54,754 bases of DNA from a virus (taxonomy: Duplodnaviria; Caudoviricetes): IMG/VR virus record IMGVR_UViG_3300024279_000003, positions 1 through 54,754 of that record; one strand, written 5' to 3'. The notes beneath the pieces were generated by a model. That model worked only from the letters and a program-made list of their open reading frames with translations. It searched no databases and was not told the origin of the DNA. The position numbers and the translations under genes were made by a program. Positions 45,644 to 54,754 of this stretch are shown piece by piece. How positions within the stretch are numbered: position 1 is the first letter of the stretch; each line of letters opens with the position of its first letter.

Positions 45644-48600
45644 CTCATTAGGAAACTGTATTTGGAATCCCTTCTCAAAGTTGAGAACTTCTCTAACTGA
45701 TGATAGGTCAAAGGTAGCATGATTTGCATTACAGATAAGAGCTATCTCTCTTATAGCATCTTGCTTATGCTCAGCATCCACTGTTAGTGTAAATTCTTGA
45801 CCGTCTGTTATAGCACAACATTCAACTTGGAATTTCATTTGTTAGTCATTTGAGGTTCTAAAGTTTCTTGGAACATAATCACCATCACCTTGAACTAAAA
45901 CACATGCAGGAATAGATGGAGCCGTTTCTATTGTTAACACTTCACACCAATCTGATGGGTCTGCTCCATCTAAAGCTACCAATTTAAATTCTGGTGGAAA
46001 AGTTTTAAGTTTTTCTATTGCTTCGGCTATATTCATTTTATGAAGGAGATTGCAAATGTATCTTCAGATTCAAGGTCTACAACAGTGTTCATTACAGATG
46101 TGTTATCCGTAATTTGCATTGTCCAATTCTCTGGGTCAATTCTGATTTCTGTCTTATGCTTGAGTGTTTTCTCAAGTAGAAGTGTGCCTTCAGAATCGTG
46201 TATTAGGAGTTTCATTATTTATCCTTCAAGTATTTTCGAATTTCAGATTGAATAGAGTTAAAGTATTCTGCCGATTCTCTTCTACAGAACTCTATTGCTC
46301 TATTTGCTATTGCTGTTTCTCCTCTTCTGAATTCTGAGGTTTTAATTCCAGCACACTTAAGCCTGTATCCAACTTGCGATACGGATTTGCCAGTGGCTTT
46401 AGCAATAGTTTTCCAAGGAAAGCCAAAGAACTTTGCCATTAGAAGAACTTGAATATCCTGTCTATCAGCCTTCTCGTTTATGAATGGTGCTACTGTTGAT
46501 TTGTCATTTTGCATGTTTAATCATCTTTTTGTAATCTTCCCAGTAATCTGGGAAAGCTTTCTTAATTCTCTCGAAGTTTGTTTCGTCAGCATAAATACAA
46601 GTTTCAGCTAAAGATTTAATAAAGCTTCCACCATATTTACGCATTGCATTGATTACTTTAACATCTTCATCATGTTCTTCTGGTGTTCTCATCTCTGTGC
46701 CTCTATCATTTCTAATGCTGCTTGGATAACATCAAGATTTGTCCCGCAGCATGGACAATACTTGAGCTTTCGCATTGTTGCGATTGTGAACTTCGATAGT
46801 GTAGACTGTTTCGCGGGAACAAATTTAGGTTTGTGGAACAACTTCATTGCTTGTGACCAGTATCTCCATGTAGTTGAACTAGTCAACTTGATTGGAATCT
46901 CTTTTGGATGAAATACATTAGCAAATGCATCTCTCACTATATTTGTTCTAGCATCTCCTCTATTCTTCATTCGATAGATTGCATCTAGAACTGCTGCTTG
47001 TTGCTCTTTAGTTACTTTTCTGTGGCCCATCTGATTGTTTCCTTTCATCATTGAGTTTTAGGTTTTGTATTCTGCAAGCTCTTAGCCTGCAAATTCCATC
47101 TACATTAATCCAAACTGTCTTACTATCATGACTAATTTGGATTTCAACTATCTTTGGGCTAGTAATATCTAGCATTGTGAGATTTTCAACTTTCATCTTT
47201 CTTATCCTCCAATGATTTTATCATGCAGTTGCCAAGTGCCTCCGCCATTCTTTTTGCATCATCCGCCAATTGTTGTGCTGCATCACTAGCCGACTTAACA
47301 ATGTGCGGGGCCAACAATCTCATGATTTCAGTAGATATCTTCTCATCTAGAGATATCCTGAATTCTTTAGCACTTCCGTGTTTTGCTTTAAGGTATGCAC
47401 TAGCTTGCCAAGGTGCATCATCTTTCCACGATGATTCTCTATTGATTGTTAGGGATTGAATTGTTAGCTTCTCTAACTCCTGTGGTGTCTCTATCGTTTC
47501 ACTCATTTGTTTGGTTCTTTCTTTTGTTTTTGTCTGTTTTCCTTTAATGCTATATCGGCATTAGGGGAAATTCCGAAAATTGGGTCATCATATTTGACTG
47601 TTACACATGCAAGTCTAAGATTCTCTACTCTTCCTAGAGATGCACTTTTAATTTCTTCGAGATTGTAGCAGAATGCATCATCGTAGATATTCATATGTAG
47701 ATATACCAATTGAATCCGAACTTAGTCCTGCAAAGCATATCTCCAGCCCTAATCCATGTTACATCGTAGTTTATGCATGTGTAATGTCTACAATCTTGTT
47801 CAGACCATGTAGATGGAAATATGAGATAGGCTCTGATTAGGTTGTGTATAGGATAGATTTTATTGTCTTTCTTTCCAATTGTGTATTGATTCATAAAGTT
47901 GCATCATTTCGGAGAATGATAATCTGATAGAACGATGATTGCAGAATTCCTCAATAGAGATTTCCCAATGGTCCTCTGGATGGTCATCATCGTCAATGTT
48001 TGCTTTGTTTAGCAGGTTAATTGATACATTGCCGTTCATAAAGTTATCTTGTATTTTCCAGGTTTATCCATGGTGAATTAATAGATGTAAATGGATATTT
48101 GAGCCTCATTTTATGAAATGCTTGTTTTTCGTTTTTTGCTTTGCATTCATCCCAAACTGTTTTACCGTTAAGGAAATGAATAGTGAATATGTAGAGTTTC
48201 ATATGAATGGTGAAGGTTAAGCTCGCCTTCGGCTCGTAGGTTAATCCCTTTCATCTTCTAATAGGTTTGCTTCATCTAATTCTGGTAGTTTACGTCTAAT
48301 CTCTGCTAATTCTTCAGGTTTAATTCCGTATGCAGATTTGAGTATTCGCAATTCAACAATCATTCCTTCAGCATCCCATTTGAGATGTGTCCATAATTCA
48401 TTCTTGTCATCTTGAGATATATCAGCAGGAAGAGATTGTATGTAATCATTCATGAATTTGAATGATACTTCACGCATAACAGCATGACGCTTGAAGTTAC
48501 TCCATCCAAACTCTTTAGACTCTTTCCAAAAATGGTTTATAGATTCCTGACACACAATCAAGTGTTTCAGTATCTCGCGGGCATACTGTTCAATATCAGC

Positions 48601-49450
48601 CATAGATTAATCATCTCCTAGAAGCTTATCAAGTTCATGTGATGCAGCTTGAGATTTATTTAAATCAACAGTTGTTGATAGTTCAATTTTATTTCCATGA
48701 CGTTCATCATACATTATTACATTGTATAGGTCCGATGCTGAAAATATGATTGGAGTGTCAGTTCGGAGTAAAAAATCAAATGGAATTATGGTTGCTGTAA
48801 CTGTAGATTTGAAGTCAATTTTTTCCTTCTCGTCTAAATGAAATATTCCTATTCCATGATGATATTCTGCTGAATTTTTAAATCTTTTAAATAGAACTTC
48901 ACAGATAATAAATCGTTTACGCATATTTAGTGAGAATTTGAATGTTTACAATGTCATAGCCTGGTCCAGTTGGAGTATAAATTGTTAAAGCATATCCGAC
49001 TTCTTCCCGTTCATCAAATTCTTTTGGCCGATACCATTTATAGTTTGAAGGTTCATAATACAACAGTTCAGCTCTGTATTCGGATGCTGTTGCATATACA
49101 ACACGGCAGATATGAGCTTTTGCTCTATCTGGATTATTATACCATTTTTGAATGAGTTCTTGTTTGTTTGTTGTTGTCATTTAGAGTTTATGTGCTTTTA
49201 ATGGTTTATGAGTGCTTGATGCAAAAACTTTTTTAGGTTTTTCAAACAGTGTAGAGTTTAATAGATGTCTACCCTCTAATGCTCTTCGATTTTTAATATA
49301 AAGTCTATATAATCGACTATAACAATTAGAATGATTGGAGGCATAATTACGTTTAAATTTTGCTTGAAGCTTATTCGCCTCTTTTTCAGTATCACATTCG
49401 ATGATATAGCGTGATGGACCAATTTCTAATATAAGTCGATATATTCTCAT
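45632..49450 (-). CDS. Cluster of about 15 small, tightly packed early-type hypothetical ORFs
   Basis: Minus-strand ORF-track genes plus two short ORFs near 47860-48200; frequent start/stop overlaps. Confidence 0.65.
46215..46514 (-). CDS. Putative HTH DNA-binding protein
   Basis: GFPWKTIAKATGKSVSQVGYRL HTH pattern. Confidence 0.6.
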   Translation of the reverse strand: MQNDKSTVAPFINEKADRQDIQVLLMAKFFGFPWKTIAKATGKSVSQVGYRLKCAGIKTSEFRRGETAIANRAIEFCRRESAEYFNSIQSEIRKYLKDK

Positions 49451-49554
49451 ATAATTCTATTATAACTAGAGTATAATGGTTTACTCAATTTAAATCGGTT
49501 TTAAGTGGGTTTTGATTTATGTTATATGAAGGCTGTCTACCACCAAATTCTGCT

Positions 49555-49571
49555 AGCATAAAATATGCCAA
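49555..49571 (-). promoter_or_regulatory. sigma54 promoter for the small-ORF cluster
   Basis: Minus strand TTGGCATATTTTATGCT. Confidence 0.65.
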
Positions 49572-49749
49572 AATAAGCGATTTTAAAGTATGGCATAACT
49601 TTGCATGGTTGAGGTAAATATAACCACAAGTATAACACCTTTCTCAAGCTTGAGAATATTGAGTATACTCTATTGCAAGACTGAGAAGATGGTTAAATTT
49701 GTATGGATTTATGTATGTTAGTGGATGTTTTAATTGAGTTTAATGGAAA

Positions 49750-49960
49750 GATATATATTGAGGATATAACTGTATATAGGTGTCGTTATATATATAATGA
49801 TATATAACCCCTAAACCCTCCACTATCTCTCTATATATAATCTATATATAACTCTTAGGCTGAAACAATCAGAATTTACAAGTAGCGAAAAAGCAAGCAA
49901 TGTTATATATGGTTATATACGTTATATATCGATATACTGAGTTATATCATATTATATAAA
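49750..49960. repeat. Cluster of TATAAC/GTTATA repeats in an AT-rich non-coding region (candidate origin or operator array)
   Basis: TATAAC at ~49765, 49803 and 49847; GTTATA at ~49785, 49902, 49912, 49921 and 49941. Confidence 0.6.
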
Positions 49961-50248
49961 GTTCCCGTAATTCTCTTCCAATCGCTAGCTCTATTCATTA
50001 AGATGAGCTTTTCGTTGTTTAACGCTGGAGATATAACCGGGATGGAGATTTCCATTTAAACCAAACGTGAATGCTAACTCAAACTTGGTTCACTTTACCT
50101 ACCCATCACCTAAGTATTTCATAGGCTGATATGGTTCTGCAATTAATGAATAACCTACTTTAGCTTAAAGAAGCTGTTTTGATTATAGCAGATGTTCTCA
50201 TAGCATTTATTAATATGCTAGACTGTTAGCACAGCCCTAACTCTCCTT

Positions 50249-50851
50249 CTAACTGGTCTGAGTGGTGGAAGCTTCTTTAGCTAACTTCTCCTGCTGTCCA
50301 ATCTCTCCAAGGATATATTGCTTGGTAAGATTGAGTTGCATGATTTGAGCTTGGATTGATTTCTCCCGGTCGAAGTTGGGAGTATTCTTCGCAAACAAGT
50401 CCCGCAAACGCTTTTCAGCAGCGTTAATCATTAAGTCAACTCCAAGTAGTTGCTCCTTAAGGACCAGCTTGTTCTCACCGATGATAGTGACTCGCTCCAC
50501 AATCTCAGCTTGTCGTGCAATGTGGAAGAACGCCCTGCGTGAACTGATGACGTTCAAACTGTTCACTTGCTTGAGTTGCTCTGTCAGATAGTTGTCCACG
50601 GCATTCTCAACCTTGTTGAATATGTCTCTGGGCAACTTCTCAGACTTGCCATAGACCGCTGCGAAGTGCATCCTGAAATCGCCACAAACATGTGTTATCA
50701 GCTTGTTACGATTCAGAGTTAGTCTTTCGCGTGTAGTGCCTTTGGCCGATTTGGTTGCTTGACGTTTAACGCTCAGGTCGAAGTCATAATCTTCCTCACC
50801 TGTAGGACTAATTGCTAAGTCCGTTGCATTTTGAGTGATAGCTTTGCTCAT
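50249..50851 (-). CDS. Hypothetical protein, first leftward gene
   Basis: 200 aa; visibly more GC-rich than its neighbours. Confidence 0.8.
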   Translation of the reverse strand: MSKAITQNATDLAISPTGEEDYDFDLSVKRQATKSAKGTTRERLTLNRNKLITHVCGDFRMHFAAVYGKSEKLPRDIFNKVENAVDNYLTEQLKQVNSLNVISSRRAFFHIARQAEIVERVTIIGENKLVLKEQLLGVDLMINAAEKRLRDLFAKNTPNFDREKSIQAQIMQLNLTKQYILGEIGQQEKLAKEASTTQTS

Positions 50852-50884
50852 ATGTATTTGACTGTTATTTGGTTTACTAGCTAG

Positions 50885-51070
50885 TGCTAGGAATCACATA
50901 ATCCCCAGCTTGGACAACTCAGGACTTATCCCAAGTATCATAGGGGCCTGAGCCGTCGCCGATATATATCGGGAGCGTAGCCGAAGTGGAGACCAGTGTT
51001 AGAAGGATACAATCTATGTCTGGTAGTTTTGCTTTGCCCAAGCTAGGGACTATGCTAACAGTCTAGCATA
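50885..51070 (-). ncRNA. Structured leader RNA of unknown family
   Basis: A 20-bp helix (50897-50916 with 51035-51054) has three mismatches that are all G-U pairs on the minus strand; internal stems are present. Confidence 0.6.
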
Positions 51071-51287
51071 CTTTTGTGATGGTGTTACCTCACTTTCAGG
51101 TATATCGTTTCATTCCCTGCTTGACTAATGAGCCAGCGGATTTACTGTTACCCTATGACCTTGTTTTGTATACCGCCCTACCCGGACTTAGCGGTTAGTG
51201 TTCAGAGAAACACATTAATTCCACTGTTAGAGGCGAAAGTGCCTCAGCAGGACCAGCAGGAATGCTGCTCAACTGCAAGAGTAATTA

Positions 51288-51304
51288 AGCAATCCCTATG
51301 CCAA
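51288..51304 (-). promoter_or_regulatory. sigma54 promoter, leftward arm
   Basis: Minus strand TTGGCATAGGGATTGCT. Confidence 0.8.
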
Positions 51305-51597
51305 CTATTAGTAGTGCCTCACAGTTTGAGGTTATACCACATATGGTATACCTTCTACTGTGATGTATCCGTTCTATACACCAAAAAGCAACATCATGGC
51401 TAGGAATCTACAGTAAAGTGACGTTGCTTGACGTATCATTAGTTAATAGTCGAGTAGGGGGGTAGTGACCAGATAAAAAGTCGTCAGCCTTCGGCTGGTA
51501 TACTCATAAAATTTCCCCCTAAATATCACTACCCAAATCATTCCCAATATATACCATATCTAACTCTATATAACCCTCTATCGCATCTTTGAGTAGT

Positions 51598-51614
51598 TTG
51601 GCACGATAGTTGCT
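51598..51614 (+). promoter_or_regulatory. sigma54 promoter, rightward (packaging/head) arm
   Basis: TTGGCACGATAGTTGCT, a full consensus match. Confidence 0.85.
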
Positions 51615-51633
51615 TCCTTCTCAAGTCTGAGAT

Positions 51634-51813
51634 ATGTCGAAAGCATTTCTAGATATTAATAGTGAAGGTAGGATACGAATCAAGCGTTCTCCTGGAATGA
51701 TTATATCTAAGGAATGGCTTGAGAAAATAGAAGAAATACGTGAAGATATAGAGAAAACATATGTGCTACCTCAGACTACATCGACTAATTCGAATAGGGA
51801 TAAGAAGGTTTAA
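51634..51813 (+). CDS. Small hypothetical protein, 59 aa (MSKAFLDINSEGRIRIKR...)
   Basis: ATG 51634 to TAA 51811-51813, just downstream of the promoter; below the ORF-track cut-off. Confidence 0.5.
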   Translation: MSKAFLDINSEGRIRIKRSPGMIISKEWLEKIEEIREDIEKTYVLPQTTSTNSNRDKKV

Positions 51814-51957
51814 TCTTCCCTATCAGGTAATCTGGAATCAGATTTACCGGAATGCTTTGCCCCTCATAACGAGGAATAAGATTCCTTGGCATCTTCGAGA
51901 TGAGGAACTTAGTATATATTTGCAAAACAATGGTGTCTTTAAGAATGCATAGATAAC

Positions 51958-52398
51958 ATGACCGCCGGCTCTCAACAAATTATCACAGCCTATGAAGAAC
52001 TTGGTATGTCTGCTGAACAAATAGCAGATGACCAAGATTTGGATATAGCAGCAGTTAAAGCTGTGTTAATGCAATTCTCAAGAGATTTTAGAGTTGCCGC
52101 CGGACAGTCTCCTAAAGAGATAGGGTTCAACGATGAGCAAGAACAAGCTGTAATCGATGTGATATCGAATATAGCCCGAGGTTACACTGAAGCTGACGAG
52201 CGCACACAACTTAGAGCAGCAATGTTTCTTAGGAATGATAGACGAGGTAGACTTGATATTGGGAAACAATTGACTGGACTCAACATCAATGTTATCTCCT
52301 TCAATGAGCAAATGCGAAAAGCAATTGAAGCAAAGAATCGTTCTAAATCTCAGGTTGTGGATATACCTGCCGAGGTTAAGGAACTTATTAGCAAATAA
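51958..52398 (+). CDS. terS: Putative terminase small subunit
   Basis: N-terminal HTH (GMSAEQIADDQDLD), DERTQLRAAMFL helix; upstream of the large subunit. Confidence 0.6.
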   Translation: MTAGSQQIITAYEELGMSAEQIADDQDLDIAAVKAVLMQFSRDFRVAAGQSPKEIGFNDEQEQAVIDVISNIARGYTEADERTQLRAAMFLRNDRRGRLDIGKQLTGLNINVISFNEQMRKAIEAKNRSKSQVVDIPAEVKELISK

Positions 52399-52524
52399 TT
52401 TCACTCATAACCAATATACCTTGAAGTAGTTAAAGCTAAACACAATGACTGCTAATTGTTCGTCCGAGTCAAATCCCCCAAATGGTATATTCGCATACAT
52501 CCTGTCTGATGTTAGTGGCTAGTT

Positions 52525-54231
52525 ATGAGTGAAATTCTTGTATCCAATTTCTCTGAAGATGCCTTAAAGGAGGTATCTCGTTCGGTTTCTACTAATGGGT
52601 TTGCATCAGCATCTTCAGAGAGAATTTCATATCCTGGTGATTATGTTGATAATGATGGGCCATTAAAGGGAAATGAGTATCAAACTCTAGAGTTTCCTGA
52701 CCCCGCCCTATTTCTTGCGTTCTATGATAAGGCAATAGCAAATGGAACAGTAACTCTTCACAAATGGCAAACGGAATTCCATGAAGAGTGTGCGGGATAT
52801 AAATTTCCAGATGGTAATCCACCTTCATCTCAGCATCCTCTTAGATATGCTTTGCTAACCTGCAATGGTTCTGGTAAAGATGCATTCATAATTGCAGGTT
52901 GGGCTGTATGGTTTTGTGCTTCGAAGATACGCTCTAGAGTAATCATTACCTCTGCTTCTGGAGTTCAATTAACAGGTCAAACTGAAAACTATATTGCATC
53001 TCTAGCTAGAAAAGTAAATGATTTTCATGGTTGTGAAATCTTCCGTATAAGACAGCGATTCATCAAATGTATGCTCTCTGGTTCAGAGATACGTTTGTTT
53101 GCTACAGATGAAGCTGGTAAAGCTGAAGGTTATCATCCTCTTGAACCTAATGCTGAAATGACAATTATTGTCAATGAAGCTAAATCTGTAGTTCCTGAAA
53201 TCCATGGTGCTTTGCGTAGGTGCACTGGATATAATTACTGGTTTGAGATATCATCTGCTGGAGAACCTTCTGGAGACTTCTATAAGGCATACTGTAATTG
53301 GAAACATACTCGTAGAGTAACATCATATGATTGTCCACATATTTCCAAAGATGAAATTGAGCAAGCTAAAGTGGACCTTGGAGAAAGCTCTGCTCTCTAT
53401 CGTTCTATATATCTCGCTCTCTTCACTTCCCTGTCGGGTGAAACAGTTATTCCTCAAGCACTCATTGATAGTTTACTTTCGTTATTTAAACTTAATCCGC
53501 CCGAACATTTAAAGTTAAAAGAGGATAGAGTTGGTATTGACTTAGCTGCTGGCGGTGATGAAAATACAATCTTCATTTGCAATGGCAATAAATGCCTTAA
53601 AGAAATAGCGTTTCGGGAAGTAGATACAGAAATTACAGCAGAGAGAATAGACAAGGAGCTTAAAGGTTATGGCATACCTAAAACCCATAAGTATATTTAT
53701 GCTGATGATGGTGGAGTTGGTAGAGCTATTATTGATAAACTTGTGCGTTTGGGTTGGTCTATTAATCGTGTTCTTAACCAGACCCCTGCAATTTCTAAGA
53801 AGCTTTATGGTAATAAAGGAGCAGAAAACTGGTATCGTTTTTCCAGAATACTGGAAGAGAGATTCTTTGACGTTACCACTATATCTGCTCTATGTCAAGA
53901 GCAACTCTACACTAGGCATTACAAGAAGTCTACTATGTCTGGTAGATTATTTCTTGAGTCTAAGAAGGAAGCTAAGGCAGAGGGTAGACCTTCACCTGAT
54001 AGAGCTGATGGATTAATTCTAGCCTACACTGGATTAACCATAGACGATTTCCTTTCTCTAGATAAACCTGAGAAGAAAGATGCTAGACCTAAAGAAAGAT
54101 TTGATACAATGAATTCTGCATATGAGCATTATGAGAATGATGTTGTATATGCTAACTATGACCCAGACAAAACCAAATCATCCAGCAAAGTTAGAATTAG
54201 AGGGTCACTATCTGTTGCTGTGAGACATTAG
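52525..54231 (+). CDS. terL: Terminase large subunit
   Basis: HKWQ, TCNGSGKD Walker A, AEGYH, IIVNEAK Walker B variant, nuclease GIDLAAGGDE, ADDGGVG, SPDRADG. Confidence 0.93.
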   Translation: MSEILVSNFSEDALKEVSRSVSTNGFASASSERISYPGDYVDNDGPLKGNEYQTLEFPDPALFLAFYDKAIANGTVTLHKWQTEFHEECAGYKFPDGNPPSSQHPLRYALLTCNGSGKDAFIIAGWAVWFCASKIRSRVIITSASGVQLTGQTENYIASLARKVNDFHGCEIFRIRQRFIKCMLSGSEIRLFATDEAGKAEGYHPLEPNAEMTIIVNEAKSVVPEIHGALRRCTGYNYWFEISSAGEPSGDFYKAYCNWKHTRRVTSYDCPHISKDEIEQAKVDLGESSALYRSIYLALFTSLSGETVIPQALIDSLLSLFKLNPPEHLKLKEDRVGIDLAAGGDENTIFICNGNKCLKEIAFREVDTEITAERIDKELKGYGIPKTHKYIYADDGGVGRAIIDKLVRLGWSINRVLNQTPAISKKLYGNKGAENWYRFSRILEERFFDVTTISALCQEQLYTRHYKKSTMSGRLFLESKKEAKAEGRPSPDRADGLILAYTGLTIDDFLSLDKPEKKDARPKERFDTMNSAYEHYENDVVYANYDPDKTKSSSKVRIRGSLSVAVRH

Positions 54232-54240
54232 AGAGGAAAT

Positions 54241-54411
54241 ATGTATATTGGTGTAATATTCTGGATAATCATGCTAGTTGGATTAGTGTTTGGACTCTAT
54301 ACAAATAGAGGTCCGGGAAAGATGGGAACATGGGTTGGAGATAATATTGTTTTCTGGATACTTCTAGCTTTACTTGGATGGAAAGTATTTGGACCAGCAG
54401 TTCATGGATAA
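54241..54411 (+). CDS. Small two-TM membrane protein, 56 aa (MYIGVIFWIIMLVGLVFG...LLGWKVFGPAVHG)
   Basis: GAGG 5 nt upstream; two hydrophobic helices; below the ORF-track cut-off. Confidence 0.75.
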   Translation: MYIGVIFWIIMLVGLVFGLYTNRGPGKMGTWVGDNIVFWILLALLGWKVFGPAVHG

Positions 54412-54415
54412 TCTT

Positions 54416-54619
54416 ATGCCTATTTATTATAATAAGCCCTTAAGAATTCAATTTCTATGTAACTGGCTTAATTGGGGATTCCATTGCCCTTGGTTTATTA
54501 GAATTTCATTTCTTAATAAATGGCCATTTGCATGGTCACATATTCAAATAGGTAGATATGTTTTATTCTGGGAAAGAGGTCAATTTTGGAAAACAAAACA
54601 TTTAGAAATCCACCCATAA
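54416..54619 (+). CDS. Small Trp-rich hypothetical protein
   Basis: ATG 54416 inside the ORF-track frame 54374..54619; fills the gap before the junction-spanning gene. Confidence 0.45.
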   Translation: MPIYYNKPLRIQFLCNWLNWGFHCPWFIRISFLNKWPFAWSHIQIGRYVLFWERGQFWKTKHLEIHP

Positions 54620-54754
54620 ATTTATGAATATATCTGCACCTACACCAGTTAATCCTTCTAAACCTTACGAATATGGTTCAATCTCTAATTGTCCTGAAGA
54701 AGTTCAGGAGTATTGTGAAAAGATACACGATTCACTAACCATTGAACAATTAAG

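Noticed and set aside
49591-49605. TGGCATAACTTTGCA as a + strand sigma54 promoter
   Set aside because: GG-to-GC spacing is 9 nt, not the required 10. The same applies to the similar sites near 35835-35848 and 47397-47411.
49750-49960. CRISPR array associated with the Cas4-like nuclease
   Set aside because: The repeats are only 6-9 bp with no regular spacers. The nuclease lies in a standard recombination module.
50214-51070. Retron or diversity-generating retroelement
   Set aside because: No reverse transcriptase is encoded, and no TR/VR pair with adenine-specific differences was seen.
51125-51240. Hammerhead-like CTAATGAGCC...GGCGAAA
   Set aside because: The core reads CUAAUGA rather than CUGAUGA, and I could not build stems I and III.
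1-54627. Stop-codon reassignment, tRNA genes or an integrase
   Set aside because: Conserved genes are full length in code 11 and use all three stops. I saw no cloverleaf with a T-loop motif and no recombinase motifs.
54628-54754. 127-bp terminal repeat as a biological direct terminal repeat
   Set aside because: The length equals a standard assembler k-mer and the repeat falls inside an ORF, so it is best explained as circular overlap.

Overview
The window is an apparently complete, circularly assembled genome of a tailed dsDNA phage with a podovirus-like layout. Unique length is about 54.6 kb, because bases 1-127 are repeated exactly at 54628-54754. Two arms diverge at ~51.3-51.6 kb and converge at ~27.25 kb. 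The + arm carries terminase, portal, scaffold, capsid, a block of exported Thr-Asn-rich proteins, LuxR-type and receiver-domain genes, tail proteins and ejection proteins. The - arm carries small early ORFs, an SF2 helicase, a sigma54 activator, GroES, recombination proteins, a split PolA, a DUF3987 ATPase and ThyX. I recognised no integrase, tRNA, CRISPR array, primase or endolysin. The strongest unusual signal is a phage-encoded, HTH-less sigma54 enhancer-binding AAA+ protein together with seven TTGGCAYR-N5-TGCT (-24/-12) promoters, all correctly oriented at operon starts, which suggests a phage life cycle run on sigma54. Other notable features are a PolA split into two genes 2 kb apart (His762, degenerate UDG domain), a 2022-aa virion protein with a zincin motif and six repeated linker motifs, a structured RNA with alternative pairings around the first leftward gene, and apparent GATC/GTAC avoidance. 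A Verrucomicrobiota host is an inference only. All family assignments come from motif recognition by eye, not database searches.
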